A stretch of DNA of 64,000 nt from Candidatus Onthoplasma faecipullorum (GTDB lineage Bacteria > Bacillota > Clostridia > Christensenellales > UBA1242), in assembly GCA_019120295.1 (NCBI GenBank), contig DWVI01000005.1, positions 955-64,954 of the forward strand, read 5' to 3'. Positions within the stretch are counted from its first letter, which is position 1. Every line of letters begins with the position of its first letter. A program made the translations under genes and the position numbers. The notes beneath the pieces are model-generated. The model was not told the origin of the DNA. It did not search any database and worked only from the letters and a program-made list of their open reading frames with translations. This document shows positions 1 through 10,939 of the stretch, piece after piece.

Positions 1-2672
1 CTGTTAACATCACTTATTGCTATACTAACACTTTGCCCGGCTCCAACATTTACTAACTCTCCGCTATCTAATCGATATGCCCATGGAACATTTGTGTTAT
101 CCCATTGTTCGAAAATTGAAACCGATAATGTTTGAGAAATATCGCCATTAACAATTCTAAATCCTGTTAAGACATTTGAAGATGTTACAACTGGTGAAAT
201 ATTTATATTAGATTGGTTAACAGTCCATGTGAATGAATCCTGCGTTACAGTTCCACAGGATATATCATTTCCTGAACTTCCATTCACATTTAATGTTACT
301 GTAACTTCTTTTTCTATAAATACCGTACGCAAATCTACATCATGATTAAGTGTCCCATTTAATTCAGTTATACCACTTGCATAACCTAAGAATCCATCAA
401 ACTGATAATACTCGCCACCTGCTTGAGACGCATTTTCTGTGCTCATCTCGACAAATTCAACACGCACAACAGGTCTTCTACCATTATATGTAGGTAAACC
501 GTTCAAATAATAATTTGTATTTGATGAATAGATATATAAAGAATTACCATCTTGATAATATGAGATTGGTGCTTGCAAGTCGAGATATCTGTAATTATTG
601 ATTAGTGTTGTCACTCGTAATTTATACATAAATTGATATGATGTAGTTTGGTATCGGTATCCTGTTTCAGAATAAATCCAATTTGACCAGTATTCATAGG
701 TTGGATTTCCATAACTATCCACTCCTTCAGTTGTTCCCATGCTATTGATTGAATAAGGTAAATCAACGTCATAAACTTGGATTGTATAAGAATTTGATAT
801 TATATACTCAGTGGAAAGATTTGAACGTTTAGGTCGATAGTCTGTGGTAACGCCTTCTGGTGTTCCATCAGAATTCCAACGGCTAGTTGCCACAGTGCTA
901 TCATAAGGCGATATCCTTACAACAGATGTCGTAGACTCAAATCTTGGCAAACAAACAGTAACTTGTTGTGTGTTACCCAAATTAGTTATATGATCATATC
1001 TATAACTAGTGCTTCCATTGCTATCTACCCAACATAACCAGCCTAATGAACTATCAACGTTTCTAAATGTGACATTTTCACAAAATATTCTTAAAATAGG
1101 AATATTAATACCATAATAACAAGGTAAGTAATAAGTTGACCCCTTATCAGAACTATTAGAGTCTTCCGAATTTAGATATATGTCTATAATGTTGCCACTT
1201 GAATTTGGCGAAACAAACCAACCCAAATCATAATAAATAGATGGAATTAAGTTATCCCCTTCACCATATGCCGTGCCATAAGATAAAAAATCCGTAGCAT
1301 ATAATTCACTTAAATTAATAATTTCACTATTTCCATTATCAAATAAATATCTACGCATGTTGCATTGATTATTTATATAATTAGTACCATTCGGATTACT
1401 ACTTGAAACATTTCTGTCATCAGTATAAGTTTCAGGATAATATACTGTGAATTCACCAATAACATAATTGTTTGCGTAACTAAAACTTGCTGATGTGTTT
1501 AGACCAGACGGATTTGGATAATTTTTATCATTTGCACTATAAAATCTGTCAAAAGGAGTATTAAATAAATTGGTACTATTTATTGCTTTTGTTCTACCGG
1601 CGAATGTTGGATGCGCATAAAGATTCTCAGCATAAATTGAACCTAAATACGAAAAATTATTATTCAAAGTTAAACTATTCAATCCATAAACTTGGCATGC
1701 ATCAACTCCTAATAAACCACCATAAGTAGCAATAGGGGTAACATCATCATATCTATCATCTAGATCTAAATCCGCCGCATAAAAATATGATCGTTGAATT
1801 GATATTGAAATACGACAATTTGCGTCAATACTTGCCCCCACAATTCCGCCAAATATAGCATATGTATCAGACGTAACTATTGAACCATTATCAACTGTTA
1901 CCATGCATTGGTTAATAGATAATGAAGAACTACTAGGTCTATTTGATGAACCAGAAGTACTTGATACCACACCTACCATACCACCAACAATTTGGACATT
2001 TTGACCTTCATAAACTTGCAAATCCAAATCATAAACCATACAATTAGATATATTAACTCTTCCTTCTGCGTATCCTACTAATGCTCCTACACATTCAGTA
2101 TAAAAACTATCATTATATCCTGGTAAATAAATTTGAGTGCCTACTAGGGCTAAATTCCTTATAGTTGCACCATTTACTCGTCCAAATAATCCTAGTGCAA
2201 CATCTTGACCTATCGCAGTTGCCGAACTTTTTTCTCCGTATGGAACAATATTAGTTGTTGTATTTCTACCTAGTCTTAAATTAGAAATTGTATAACCATT
2301 TCCATCAAATGTTCCCCTGAAAACATCTCCGCCATAGCCAATAGGTTCCCATGCGGAAGTGCCAAGTGAAAGATCGACCATTAGAGTTATGGTTTGACCT
2401 GAATAACTTGTTGCACTGTAACCATTATTGCCATTAACTCTATCTCTGAATGATTGCAAATCGGCCACATCGTAAATATATGTTCCGCCATTAGATACCG
2501 AATTGGAGTTTGAAGATGTTGGGGTTGTTGTGCCGTCTTCAAAAGGATTGGTGATTAGGTTGTTTGCGGCGTTGGTGCGAGCAAAAATAGATGCTGAAAA
2601 TATTGTGCAAGCAAGTGTTGCGAATACTATAATTAAAGTAATAATCGTCCTTTTTATTTTTAAAGAATTCAT
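1..2672 (-). CDS. Secreted surface protein with GLUG-type (GGxVG) repeats; the C-terminus runs off the window start
   Basis: The minus-strand frame is open from ATG at 2672-2670 to position 1. It is absent from the ORF track because its stop lies outside the window. The N-terminus MNSLKIKRTIITLIIVFATLACTIFSASIFA looks like a signal peptide. GGMVG/GGIVG/GGLLG/GALVG motifs recur, as in GLUG-motif adhesin domains. Confidence 0.6.
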   Translation of the reverse strand, partial: MNSLKIKRTIITLIIVFATLACTIFSASIFARTNAANNLITNPFEDGTTTPTSSNSNSVSNGGTYIYDVADLQSFRDRVNGNNGYSATSYSGQTITLMVDLSLGTSAWEPIGYGGDVFRGTFDGNGYTISNLRLGRNTTTNIVPYGEKSSATAIGQDVALGLFGRVNGATIRNLALVGTQIYLPGYNDSFYTECVGALVGYAEGRVNISNCMVYDLDLQVYEGQNVQIVGGMVGVVSSTSGSSNRPSSSSLSINQCMVTVDNGSIVTSDTYAIFGGIVGASIDANCRISISIQRSYFYAADLDLDDRYDDVTPIATYGGLLGVDACQVYGLNSLTLNNNFSYLGSIYAENLYAHPTFAGRTKAINSTNLFNTPFDRFYSANDKNYPNPSGLNTSASFSYANNYVIGEFTVYYPETYTDDRNVSSSNPNGTNYINNQCNMRRYLFDNGNSEIINLSELYATDFLSYGTAYGEGDNLIPSIYYDLGWFVSPNSSGNIIDIYLNSEDSNSSDKGSTYYLPCYYGINIPILRIFCENVTFRNVDSSLGWLCWVDSNGSTSYRYDHITNLGNTQQVTVCLPRFESTTSVVRISPYDSTVATSRWNSDGTPEGVTTDYRPKRSNLSTEYIISNSYTIQVYDVDLPYSINSMGTTEGVDSYGNPTYEYWSNWIYSETGYRYQTTSYQFMYKLRVTTLINNYRYLDLQAPISYYQDGNSLYIYSSNTNYYLNGLPTYNGRRPVVRVEFVEMSTENASQAGGEYYQFDGFLGYASGITELNGTLNHDVDLRTVFIEKEVTVTLNVNGSSGNDISCGTVTQDSFTWTVNQSNINISPVVTSSNVLTGFRIVNGDISQTLSVSIFEQWDNTNVPWAYRLDSGELVNVGAGQSVSIAISDVN

Positions 2673-2953
2673 ACAACCCCTTATTTTACAAATAACGTAA
2701 ATCAAATATGATGAAATATAACTAATTTATTTTTGCTGAATTGATATTTCCAAATATTATAAAAAAATTTTATACTAATAACATTAGTATAACACTTTTT
2801 ACATATTTCTACAAATAATTTAACTCAATTTAAAAATATTTTTACATATTAATTTTCAATTTTATATTTTAATATAGTGAAAAAAATAACGTTAATTTAG
2901 ACTAATAAAATAATTTTAATTTATAGTTTTTATTGAAACAATATGAAATAAAT

Positions 2954-2981
2954 AAAAAAATGGAAATTGTTTCCATTTTTT
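2954..2981 (-). terminator. Rho-independent (bidirectional) terminator downstream of sigF
   Basis: Hairpin TGGAAA-TTG-TTTCCA (2961-2975), flanked by an A-run on one side and a T-run on the other. Confidence 0.6.
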
Positions 2982-2983
2982 AG

Positions 2984-3703
2984 TTAGATATTAATATTTT
3001 CCTTCATTTCTTTTAGGACTTTATTCTCTATTCTACTCACCTGCACTTGACTTACCCCTAATGCTTTTGCTATTTCGCTTTGCGTTTTATCCATGTAATA
3101 GCGCATAATTATTACTTGTTTTTCACGTGCGCTTAAATTTTCAATCAATTCACGAATTGCCAATTTGTCAATATACTTTTCAGGTGAAAAGTCGTCACTA
3201 ATTTTATCCATAAGAGTGCATGAGTTGTCGTCTTCAAATTTGTCGTTTAATGATAGTGGATTTGTGTTCGCTTCCATTGCAAAAACGATATCTGATTTAT
3301 CCATGTTAAATTTTTGAGAGATTTGGTCCAATGTTGGATTTGTGCCATGGCGCTGGTTATATTCAACAATAAAATTTTTTATTTGGATAGATTGATGTTT
3401 TATGCTTCTTGAAACTTTAACCGTTCCGTCATCTCGCAAAAACCTTTTTATTTCGCCTGCAATCATTGGAACAGCATATGTTGTGAATTTAACGTTAAAA
3501 GAACTATCATAATTTTTTATTGCCTTAACAAAGCCAAGTGCACCTAATTGAAATAAATCGTCGTACTCTATACCCTTATTGAGATATCTTTTTATAACGC
3601 TTTTAATAAGTGGTGAGTTTACCGTTATCAATTTTTCTTTTGCTAAATCGTCGCCATTTTTTGCCTGTGTTACTAAATCGTTAGTTTCTTCATTAGATAG
3701 CAT
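2984..3703 (-). CDS. sigF: Sporulation sigma factor SigF (SpoIIAC)
   Basis: 239-aa sigma-70 family protein with region 2 (DLFQLGALGFVKAIKNYD) and a region 4 HTH (TQSEIAKALGVSQVQVSRIE). It is the third gene after spoIIAA and spoIIAB. Confidence 0.9.
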   Translation of the reverse strand: MLSNEETNDLVTQAKNGDDLAKEKLITVNSPLIKSVIKRYLNKGIEYDDLFQLGALGFVKAIKNYDSSFNVKFTTYAVPMIAGEIKRFLRDDGTVKVSRSIKHQSIQIKNFIVEYNQRHGTNPTLDQISQKFNMDKSDIVFAMEANTNPLSLNDKFEDDNSCTLMDKISDDFSPEKYIDKLAIRELIENLSAREKQVIIMRYYMDKTQSEIAKALGVSQVQVSRIENKVLKEMKENINI

Positions 3704-4135
3704 CTAACCCACCGATAAGTTTTTTTCTAAATCTTTCTCCATTGTAACGGTTACGCCCAACTTTTCACTCTTAACATCTAACTTGTCCATAAAACTTTCC
3801 ATAACAGTAAAGCCCATACCGCTGCGCTCGTCGTCTGGTTTTGTGGTGTAAAAAGGTGTAAGCGCACGAGTTAAATCTTTTATGCCAATTCCATCGTCAC
3901 TTATTGTGATTTTCACATTGCAATTATCTGTTGTTATTTTCATATGCACAGAACCTACCTTTTCAGGATAAGCATGCACAACAACATTTGTAACCGCTTC
4001 ATTTACCGCTGTTTTGATATCACTTAATTGGTCTAAACTTGGATTTAATGGCAAAATAAAACTTGCCACAACGTTTCTAGCAAAGGCAACGTTTTCTGGT
4101 ATTGCTTTAAATTTAATTTCCATACTATTTCTCAT
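3704..4135 (-). CDS. spoIIAB: Anti-sigma F factor SpoIIAB (serine protein kinase)
   Basis: 143 aa with a GHKL-type ATPase N-box (AVNEAVTNVVVHAY) and G-boxes (DDGIGI, GMGF). It abuts sigF. Confidence 0.9.
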   Translation of the reverse strand: MRNSMEIKFKAIPENVAFARNVVASFILPLNPSLDQLSDIKTAVNEAVTNVVVHAYPEKVGSVHMKITTDNCNVKITISDDGIGIKDLTRALTPFYTTKPDDERSGMGFTVMESFMDKLDVKSEKLGVTVTMEKDLEKNLSVG

Positions 4136-4147
4136 ACTTTTACCCCT

Positions 4148-4459
4148 TTACACAATTTTAGGCATAATTTCATATAGCCCACTCATTTTAAATATTCGCT
4201 CTGCGTTCCTACTTGGATTTGTTATAAAAATCGGTTTGTTACATTCTCTCATCTTTTTGTATCTACCTATTAACACTCCAACACCTGTGCTATCCATAAA
4301 CGTTAGTTCAGATAGGTCCATAACAATTTGAACATACCCTTTTTGAGTGTCCAAAATGCTATCTAGGTTTTTTCGCGTTGCCTGCGCGGTGTACTCGTCA
4401 AGTTCGCCAGACAACAAAATGTACAAAGTTTTATTAACAATTCTTGATTTAACTTGCAT
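4148..4459 (-). CDS. spoIIAA: Anti-sigma F factor antagonist SpoIIAA (STAS domain)
   Basis: 103-aa STAS protein with the phosphorylatable Ser motif (FMDSTGVGVLIG). It is the first gene of the spoIIA operon. Confidence 0.9.
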   Translation of the reverse strand: MQVKSRIVNKTLYILLSGELDEYTAQATRKNLDSILDTQKGYVQIVMDLSELTFMDSTGVGVLIGRYKKMRECNKPIFITNPSRNAERIFKMSGLYEIMPKIV

Positions 4460-4711
4460 ATTTCACCCCTTCAAAAGCATTCTAGCAGATAGAAATTTAA
4501 AAAAAATAATAAGAATTGTTTAATAAATTCTTATTTTGGCGAACATTGTTGAATACAAAATTTTGATAATATTTGTTGCTTTATCTTGTATTATAGATTT
4601 ATAAATAAAAGAAGGAATTATTTGATAATTCCCTTAAAAAAGTATTTTTTTAATTTTATTTTTTTCAAAAAAATAAGTAATAATATTTAAGTTTAAACAA
4701 CTGTTTATTAT

Positions 4712-5746
4712 TTATATTAAATACATAATAAGCAGTGCGATGCCGACTATTCCGAGAGCCACAAAGAATGCGGTTAGGAACACGCGCAATTTATCTTTTG
4801 GCAACGTTCCAATTTTTCCTGTTTGACCATTTATCACAACTTTATGGTGCTTATTCTTTTTGTCTGTTTTGTTAATGATGTAAACTGGAAGAAGACAATA
4901 ATTATAACGCTTTTCTAAATAAGTTGTGTTTAAATCTAATCTTTCAATTCTATCACAATTATACCTATTTAAAATTTCTTTTTCAATTTGCTTTCTTGCA
5001 ATAATTTCAGCCTGTTTAAAACAATCGTTCAACTTTCTATCTTGGTATTCTAAAATGTAACCATTCATAAAATCATCTTTAAAATTTACAGCACCAGAAT
5101 AATCAAAAGGCATTATTGAATACAATTCTTTTTGCTCAATATTGCTATTAGCTTCAACTGAAATATTGTTAAATTGCTTATCTATAAGCCCGCTAACATC
5201 TCTATAGAAAGTTTTTATTCTGCTATTACCTTCTCTATCTCTTACTGTTCTTGTGTAACTCAATGTTCCGTAATATTGGCTAGACGCCAAAAAATCAAAC
5301 ACAAAAGTGTTAACATACACACCAGAAATATCTTCATCTGTTAAATTTTTAAAGGCTTTTTTATTTGCATAAAACTTTTTTCTAAGAGTTGTTTTAAAAT
5401 GATTTATTGCTTCATTTTTTGAGTAGGAAAAAGGAACGATTGAATCGATATACAACAATTTCTTTTTTCTACCTTTTATCATGGTTGTGTTACCGCAATA
5501 TGGGCAAATTGATTGCATTTTAAATTTATTAAACATCAAATTTGCTCCACATGAAGAGCATTTAACGTTTTGGAGTGCGTCTGCAAATTCGTCCTTTTCA
5601 ACGACTACATTTTCTTCAAAAGGTTTTTTATTGAATTTATAATCATATTCAATTGGAAAAACGGACGAACAATTTTCGCAAACATTACCCTTATTTTTAG
5701 GGCTAAAATATAATTTTCCCCCACAATTTGTACAATTTTTTATCAT
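4712..5746 (-). CDS. Zinc-ribbon protein with a C-terminal transmembrane anchor, function unknown
   Basis: Two CxxC...CxxC pairs (CTNCGG..CENC; CSSCGA..CPYCG) and a hydrophobic C-terminus (VFLTAFFVALGIVGIALLIMYLI). Confidence 0.5.
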   Translation of the reverse strand: MIKNCTNCGGKLYFSPKNKGNVCENCSSVFPIEYDYKFNKKPFEENVVVEKDEFADALQNVKCSSCGANLMFNKFKMQSICPYCGNTTMIKGRKKKLLYIDSIVPFSYSKNEAINHFKTTLRKKFYANKKAFKNLTDEDISGVYVNTFVFDFLASSQYYGTLSYTRTVRDREGNSRIKTFYRDVSGLIDKQFNNISVEANSNIEQKELYSIMPFDYSGAVNFKDDFMNGYILEYQDRKLNDCFKQAEIIARKQIEKEILNRYNCDRIERLDLNTTYLEKRYNYCLLPVYIINKTDKKNKHHKVVINGQTGKIGTLPKDKLRVFLTAFFVALGIVGIALLIMYLI

Positions 5747-5861
5747 AATTTTATTCTAACAAATTTTTTCATTTAAAACAATCTTTTTTTATTAAAAAAT
5801 TAAAGATATTTAAAATTTTAATATCTTTAACCTATTTATTAAATCTATTTACTAAATATTC

Positions 5862-6872
5862 CTAATCATCACCACGTTTTTGACTTGTGATAATATTTAT
5901 TTTTTTCTTTTCTTTATTCAACTGAGAAATATAGCCTTTAACTCGTGAATGAAGTTTATAGATATAGTGAGTTTGCACATTTGCTCTATCACTATTTTCA
6001 CGAGTTATTGCCATTGCATTTAACCCATTATCTAAACGAATTACTGCAGCAACTGGTAGAATTTTTATAACTTCACCTTCCACCATATCTCCAAGTGATA
6101 ATGAATTAAATATTTTATCCCTAGGGTTTTCTTTTGTTTGTTTTAACCCTAAACTAATTCTTGAAAAATCGGTGTTGCAATCTAGAACAACAAAATCATA
6201 CTCTTCGTTTAATGACACGGCATCACTAATTTTATCAATATGCTCGTAACTTGCATCTTGAATTGAAAGTTTTGCCTTTGCGCCGGTTGTAAGCATTACA
6301 AGGGCATATTTATCTTCAATTTTAATAACCGTGCCGTGCACAATATCGCCAACTGAAACTGGTGTTATTTCACTATTTTGCTTTAACTTTGTGCTACAAA
6401 CTATTGATTTTTTTAAACTGTTAAGTTCAATAACAATCGCATCAATTTCGCGGTTAATTAAACTTTCACGGTTCGCAAATTCATTTTGGGTGCATTGTGA
6501 ATATGGAAGGAACACTCTATACCCCATAAAATCGCCAAGTAGGCCTGCAGTTTGAATTTCACTCACTTTAAATGTTAATTCACTTCCAACTTTTAAGGTT
6601 TTTAATTTTTCTTTGTCCGCCAACGCTTTGTTGACCCCCGCGTGAGTTACAACCAAACAGCCCTTATCATCTATCTCGCCTGTTACCATAACCAAAATTG
6701 CATCGCCAATTCTAAATGCTTTGTCTTCCAATTCATTTATATTAAAAACGCCTTCTTTAAGTCCGCCAAGGGAAACAACAACTTCATTTTTTCCTATCAT
6801 TACGATTGTACCAGTTATAATATCTCCGCGGTTATATTGCGTCATACTTATATCAAAATCTTTCATTTTCAT
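5862..6872 (-). CDS. S1 RNA-binding domain protein (ribosomal protein S1-like, about 4 S1 repeats)
   Basis: Repeated G.I..G.V..I......V.L motifs typical of S1/OB folds. It lies next to plsC, as in many Firmicutes. Confidence 0.75.
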   Translation of the reverse strand: MKMKDFDISMTQYNRGDIITGTIVMIGKNEVVVSLGGLKEGVFNINELEDKAFRIGDAILVMVTGEIDDKGCLVVTHAGVNKALADKEKLKTLKVGSELTFKVSEIQTAGLLGDFMGYRVFLPYSQCTQNEFANRESLINREIDAIVIELNSLKKSIVCSTKLKQNSEITPVSVGDIVHGTVIKIEDKYALVMLTTGAKAKLSIQDASYEHIDKISDAVSLNEEYDFVVLDCNTDFSRISLGLKQTKENPRDKIFNSLSLGDMVEGEVIKILPVAAVIRLDNGLNAMAITRENSDRANVQTHYIYKLHSRVKGYISQLNKEKKKINIITSQKRGDD

Positions 6873-6994
6873 AGTCTTTTCCTTAATCTGTAAATTTTTA
6901 TTATTTTGAAAATTTCATAAAAAATTTAAAATTTCTTAAAAATTTTTCGTTTTTTCTTATTTTTTTATAAATTTTAAAAAATTTTTACTAATTT

Positions 6995-7642
6995 TTACGC
7001 TTTTGCTTTTTTCTTACTTAATTTCTTTGCTCGTTTTTCTTCAATTCTTTTTTGCTCATTTATAACAAGTTCATTCATTTTTTCTACTATTAGGTTTGAA
7101 TATTCGTCCATATATGCTTTATCTTTTTTGCGCTCAACATCTGGATAAATTGGGTCACCAATTAAAAGTTTTGTTCTATGGAACGCTCTAATTTTTCTAT
7201 CAAACATCATAGGTACAACTGGTGTGTTTGTTCTAATCGAAAATAGTGCCACACCTTCTTTTGCACTTCCTTCTTCAACTGTTACAGTTTTTGCACGTGT
7301 GCCTTGTGGGAAAATGCAAATATGTTTATTCTTTTTAATTAGCGAGAATATTTCTTTTATTGCTCCTGGGTCTGCATTACCCCTATCCACAGGGACTGCG
7401 CCAAGCGAACGCATAAATTTCGTCATAAACTTATTTGAAAACAACTCTTTTTTAGCCAAAATTCTATGTTTTCTAGCAAACCTAATATCAATCATAATAG
7501 GGTCTAGATTAGACATGTGGTTACATGAAATAATGTAATTTTTGCCCTTCAATGGCTTTAATTTTTTCTTTCCTACCTTTTTAATTGGAAATAAAATTAA
7601 AAATGGAATACAAATTATAATGTACGCTATCCAAAAAAACAT
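6995..7642 (-). CDS. plsC: 1-acyl-sn-glycerol-3-phosphate acyltransferase
   Basis: N-terminal TM segment, acyltransferase motif NHMSNLDP (HxxxxD), and FPQGTR motif III. Confidence 0.8.
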   Translation of the reverse strand: MFFWIAYIIICIPFLILFPIKKVGKKKLKPLKGKNYIISCNHMSNLDPIMIDIRFARKHRILAKKELFSNKFMTKFMRSLGAVPVDRGNADPGAIKEIFSLIKKNKHICIFPQGTRAKTVTVEEGSAKEGVALFSIRTNTPVVPMMFDRKIRAFHRTKLLIGDPIYPDVERKKDKAYMDEYSNLIVEKMNELVINEQKRIEEKRAKKLSKKKAKA

Positions 7643-7643
7643 A

Positions 7644-8867
7644 TTACCTACCTTTTATGCTATTTCCAGCAAGGAAACCTGTTGACCACGCAATTTGAAG
7701 ATTATATCCACCTGTCAATGCGTCCACATCAAGCACTTCGCCAACAAAATACAAACCGCTAACTAACTTACTTTCACAAGTTTTAGAATTTATTTCGCGA
7801 GTGTCAACTCCGCCGGAAGTGATAATTCCTACTTCTACATTATCTAACGATTTTATAGAAAAGTCAAATTTTTTTATTAAATTTACTAAATTGCTTCTAT
7901 CCGTGCGCGTGATATCTGCAATTTTTTTGTTTATTATATAATACTTTTCGAAAATATAATCAACAAACCGCCTAGGTAAAACCGAATAAAGGTAAGTTTT
8001 TAATTCTTTTTTCGAATTTTCTTTAAATTCGCGAATGAATTTGTTATTTAACTCATTTACGTCTAACGCTGGTTTAAAATCGATTGAAATGGTTTGATTT
8101 TTAATATCTAACTTATTTATTTTGCTAGAAATTGTGAGAGCAATAGGTCCGGTTAGTGAATTGTAAGTAAACATCATTTCACCGAATTCAGAATATTCTG
8201 TTTTACCAATTTTAACAAATAATCTAACGTTTTTTAAACTTAGACCATTTAAATTAGATACATCTTCATTCACTCTAATAGGTATTAACGCACCTTTTGG
8301 TTCAACCACTGTGTGAGAAAACTTTTTTGCTACGTTGTAGCCAAAACCGGTTGACCCAGTGCCTGGATAACTTACCCCACCCGTTGCAATAACTACATTA
8401 TATGTTGTGTATTTTATATTATTATCACACTTTATATAGAATATGTCATTGTTTTTTGTTAAGTCTAAAACGTCTGTGTTTAATTTTATTTCAACATTGT
8501 ATTCGTTCAAATATTTTGCTAGCGCTTTTATAACGTCGCTTGATTTATCACTAACTGGAAACACCCTATTCCCACGTTCAGTTTTTAGTTTAACATACTT
8601 TTGGAAAAATTCAATTGTGTCCTTAGGAGTAAATGCATTGAGCGCTGAATACATAAATTTGTTGTTTGTAACAATATTATTTAAATGATTTTCAACACTG
8701 CTATCATTTGTTAGGTTGCATCTACCCTTGCCTGTTATATATAACTTTTTACCTAACTTTTCATTGTGCTCCAAAATCAAAACTTTAAGTCCACGTTTTG
8801 CTGATTGTATGGCGCACATCATTCCAGATGCTCCGCCACCAATAACTATAACATCATAATCTACCAT
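7644..8867 (-). CDS. NAD(P)/FAD-dependent oxidoreductase, HI0933/YhiN/BaiN-like flavoprotein
   Basis: N-terminal DVIVIGGGASGMMCA dinucleotide-binding motif; the C-terminal GLYFVGEVLDVDALTGGYNLQIAWSTG is typical of the family. Confidence 0.75.
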   Translation of the reverse strand: MVDYDVIVIGGGASGMMCAIQSAKRGLKVLILEHNEKLGKKLYITGKGRCNLTNDSSVENHLNNIVTNNKFMYSALNAFTPKDTIEFFQKYVKLKTERGNRVFPVSDKSSDVIKALAKYLNEYNVEIKLNTDVLDLTKNNDIFYIKCDNNIKYTTYNVVIATGGVSYPGTGSTGFGYNVAKKFSHTVVEPKGALIPIRVNEDVSNLNGLSLKNVRLFVKIGKTEYSEFGEMMFTYNSLTGPIALTISSKINKLDIKNQTISIDFKPALDVNELNNKFIREFKENSKKELKTYLYSVLPRRFVDYIFEKYYIINKKIADITRTDRSNLVNLIKKFDFSIKSLDNVEVGIITSGGVDTREINSKTCESKLVSGLYFVGEVLDVDALTGGYNLQIAWSTGFLAGNSIKGR

Positions 8868-9065
8868 GTAAATATAATAACAAAAAATTTATAAAACACA
8901 AAATAATTTTAAAAACAATTTGTTTTGGTGTTTAATTTTAATTATTATTTTTTATTTTGACATAATTTATTTTTGCTTTTATTTTCAATCTTGTATTTAT
9001 TGCACTGTTTAGTGTTAAACTAAAAGTGAGATACTTACATTTATATCAAAACAAAAAAGAGATTG

Positions 9066-9776
9066 TTATCTCTTAATTGAATTTATATATTTTAGTTCTT
9101 TGCCGTTTAGTGGTTGGTATTCGCCACGAGATAGTCCACCCAACCTTATTTCACCTATTTGAACGCGTTTTAAAAAGGTTACGTTTTTACCGATTGCTTC
9201 AAACATGCGCCTAATTTGGCGATTTTTCCCTTCTGTGATTGTAACCTTTAACTTTGCCATATTTTCGTTTTCTTCCATTATTTCAACGCTACATGGTTTT
9301 GTTACATAATCACCTATGTTAACACCAGAAGATAAGGTTTTAACTTCATTTTTATCAATAGTGTTTTCAATGGTTACAACATAACTTTTTGCTATGTTAC
9401 TGTTAGGTTTTGTTAAAATATTTGCTAGTTCACCATCATTTGTGAGTAAAAGCAAACCTTCTGTGTCATAATCTAGCCTACCAACAGGAAAAACGCGTTG
9501 ATGCACTCCACGCATTAAGTCCATAACCGTTTTTCTATCTTTTTCGTCGCTTGCGGTTGTAACATAACCCTTTGGTTTGTTAAGTTTATAGTAAACAAAA
9601 CTTTCTGCTGGTTTCACTATTTTATTATCAAGTTTAACAACGTCGGTTGACTTGATATCAGTTGCCAAATCTTTGATAACCTTTCCATTTACCTTAACTC
9701 TACCGTCTATTATAAACTCTTCTACCCTTCTTCTGCTTGCAACGCCTGCACTTGCTAAATACTTATTTATTCGCAT
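9066..9776 (-). CDS. rluB: rRNA pseudouridine synthase, RsuA/RluB family
   Basis: N-terminal S4 domain (MRINKYLASAGVASRR) and catalytic motif GRLDYDTEGLLLLTNDG. Confidence 0.8.
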   Translation of the reverse strand: MRINKYLASAGVASRRRVEEFIIDGRVKVNGKVIKDLATDIKSTDVVKLDNKIVKPAESFVYYKLNKPKGYVTTASDEKDRKTVMDLMRGVHQRVFPVGRLDYDTEGLLLLTNDGELANILTKPNSNIAKSYVVTIENTIDKNEVKTLSSGVNIGDYVTKPCSVEIMEENENMAKLKVTITEGKNRQIRRMFEAIGKNVTFLKRVQIGEIRLGGLSRGEYQPLNGKELKYINSIKR

Positions 9777-9808
9777 ACACTACCTTTTCATTAGAACAAC
9801 AAACTAAT

Positions 9809-10939
9809 TTAAAATTCATTTAACTGCAATGTGTTATTTTCAATTAGTTTATCTATTTTATTCATTGTATATAATTTTAGAGTTTTAATCAACTGATTAT
9901 CGTAAAAAATTTCAATATTGCCAACAACTTCACCGTCTTCTGCGGTTGATTTTTCAATATTATATTTTACTTCGACCTTATCTTTTTCATTTTCCTTTAG
10001 CGGATAGTAAAAATCATTTTCTGGATAAATGTATAATCTTTCACCTTCTGTATTTTCAATAACCTTATTGGGAATTTCTTTATTTTTATCTACTAGTAAA
10101 GTGTGATTGTATTCATTAAAACTAGCATTTAACAAACTTTCACTTTCTTCAAACATTGGTCCGCAATTTAGTACTACGCAAACGGTTGTCATATTATCTC
10201 TTTCACATGCACTAACCAAACAACGTCCTGCTTTTGACGTAAAGCCGGTTTTAACACCAACACAACCATCAAGCCTTGAAAGTAGTTTATTTTTGTTTGT
10301 TAAATAGCGTATGTCTGACATATTTGTTTCAGGGATAACATGGTTTTTTGTTGAAACAACTTCTTTGAAAATTGTGTTATTTAACGCATAAGCAGTAATT
10401 AGCGCAAGGTCGTATGCGGTTGTGTAATGCTCTGGGTCGTCTAGACCATGCGGATTATTAAAGTGCGAATTTTTAGCACCAATTTTTGTTGCAAGTTCAT
10501 TCATAAGTTTACAAAAACCTTTAACCGAACCACCAACGTGGCAAGCAAGCGCCGTTGCTGCGTCGTTTCCGCTTCGAAGCATCAAACCATATAACAAATC
10601 ACGCACTTTTATTGTTTCGTTTTTTCTTAGATATATGCTTGTTCCTTCAACTCCAACTGCTAGGTCGTCCACTTGAATATATTGGTCTAAATCGTCGCAA
10701 TTTTGAAGCACAGTAATTAGCGTCATAATTTTAGTGGTGGACGCCATGGGTAGTTTTTCGTTCATATTTTTAGAATAAAGCACCCTACCGGTATCCTTTT
10801 CTATTACGCACATTCCTTTTGCCGAACTTGACGCATATGCCGGCATACTTTGGGAAACAATCGGCACAAACACCCCCACACAAAGGACGATTAAACTAAT
10901 CAAAACAAGCGTAAATTTAAATTTCTTTACATTGCTCAT
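9809..10939 (-). CDS. D-alanyl-D-alanine carboxypeptidase (S11, PBP5-type)
   Basis: Signal peptide plus the SxxK (ASTTK), SGN and KTG (VKTGFT) motifs. Confidence 0.85.
   Translation of the reverse strand: MSNVKKFKFTLVLISLIVLCVGVFVPIVSQSMPAYASSSAKGMCVIEKDTGRVLYSKNMNEKLPMASTTKIMTLITVLQNCDDLDQYIQVDDLAVGVEGTSIYLRKNETIKVRDLLYGLMLRSGNDAATALACHVGGSVKGFCKLMNELATKIGAKNSHFNNPHGLDDPEHYTTAYDLALITAYALNNTIFKEVVSTKNHVIPETNMSDIRYLTNKNKLLSRLDGCVGVKTGFTSKAGRCLVSACERDNMTTVCVVLNCGPMFEESESLLNASFNEYNHTLLVDKNKEIPNKVIENTEGERLYIYPENDFYYPLKENEKDKVEVKYNIEKSTAEDGEVVGNIEIFYDNQLIKTLKLYTMNKIDKLIENNTLQLNEF

Noticed and set aside
6900-6994. AT-rich spacers with periodic A/T tracts (also at 24000-24148 and 32500-32694), considered as repeats or regulatory arrays
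   Set aside because: This seems to be a general property of intergenic DNA in this very AT-rich genome. Only the one inside the spoIIIA operon is reported, because of its unusual location.
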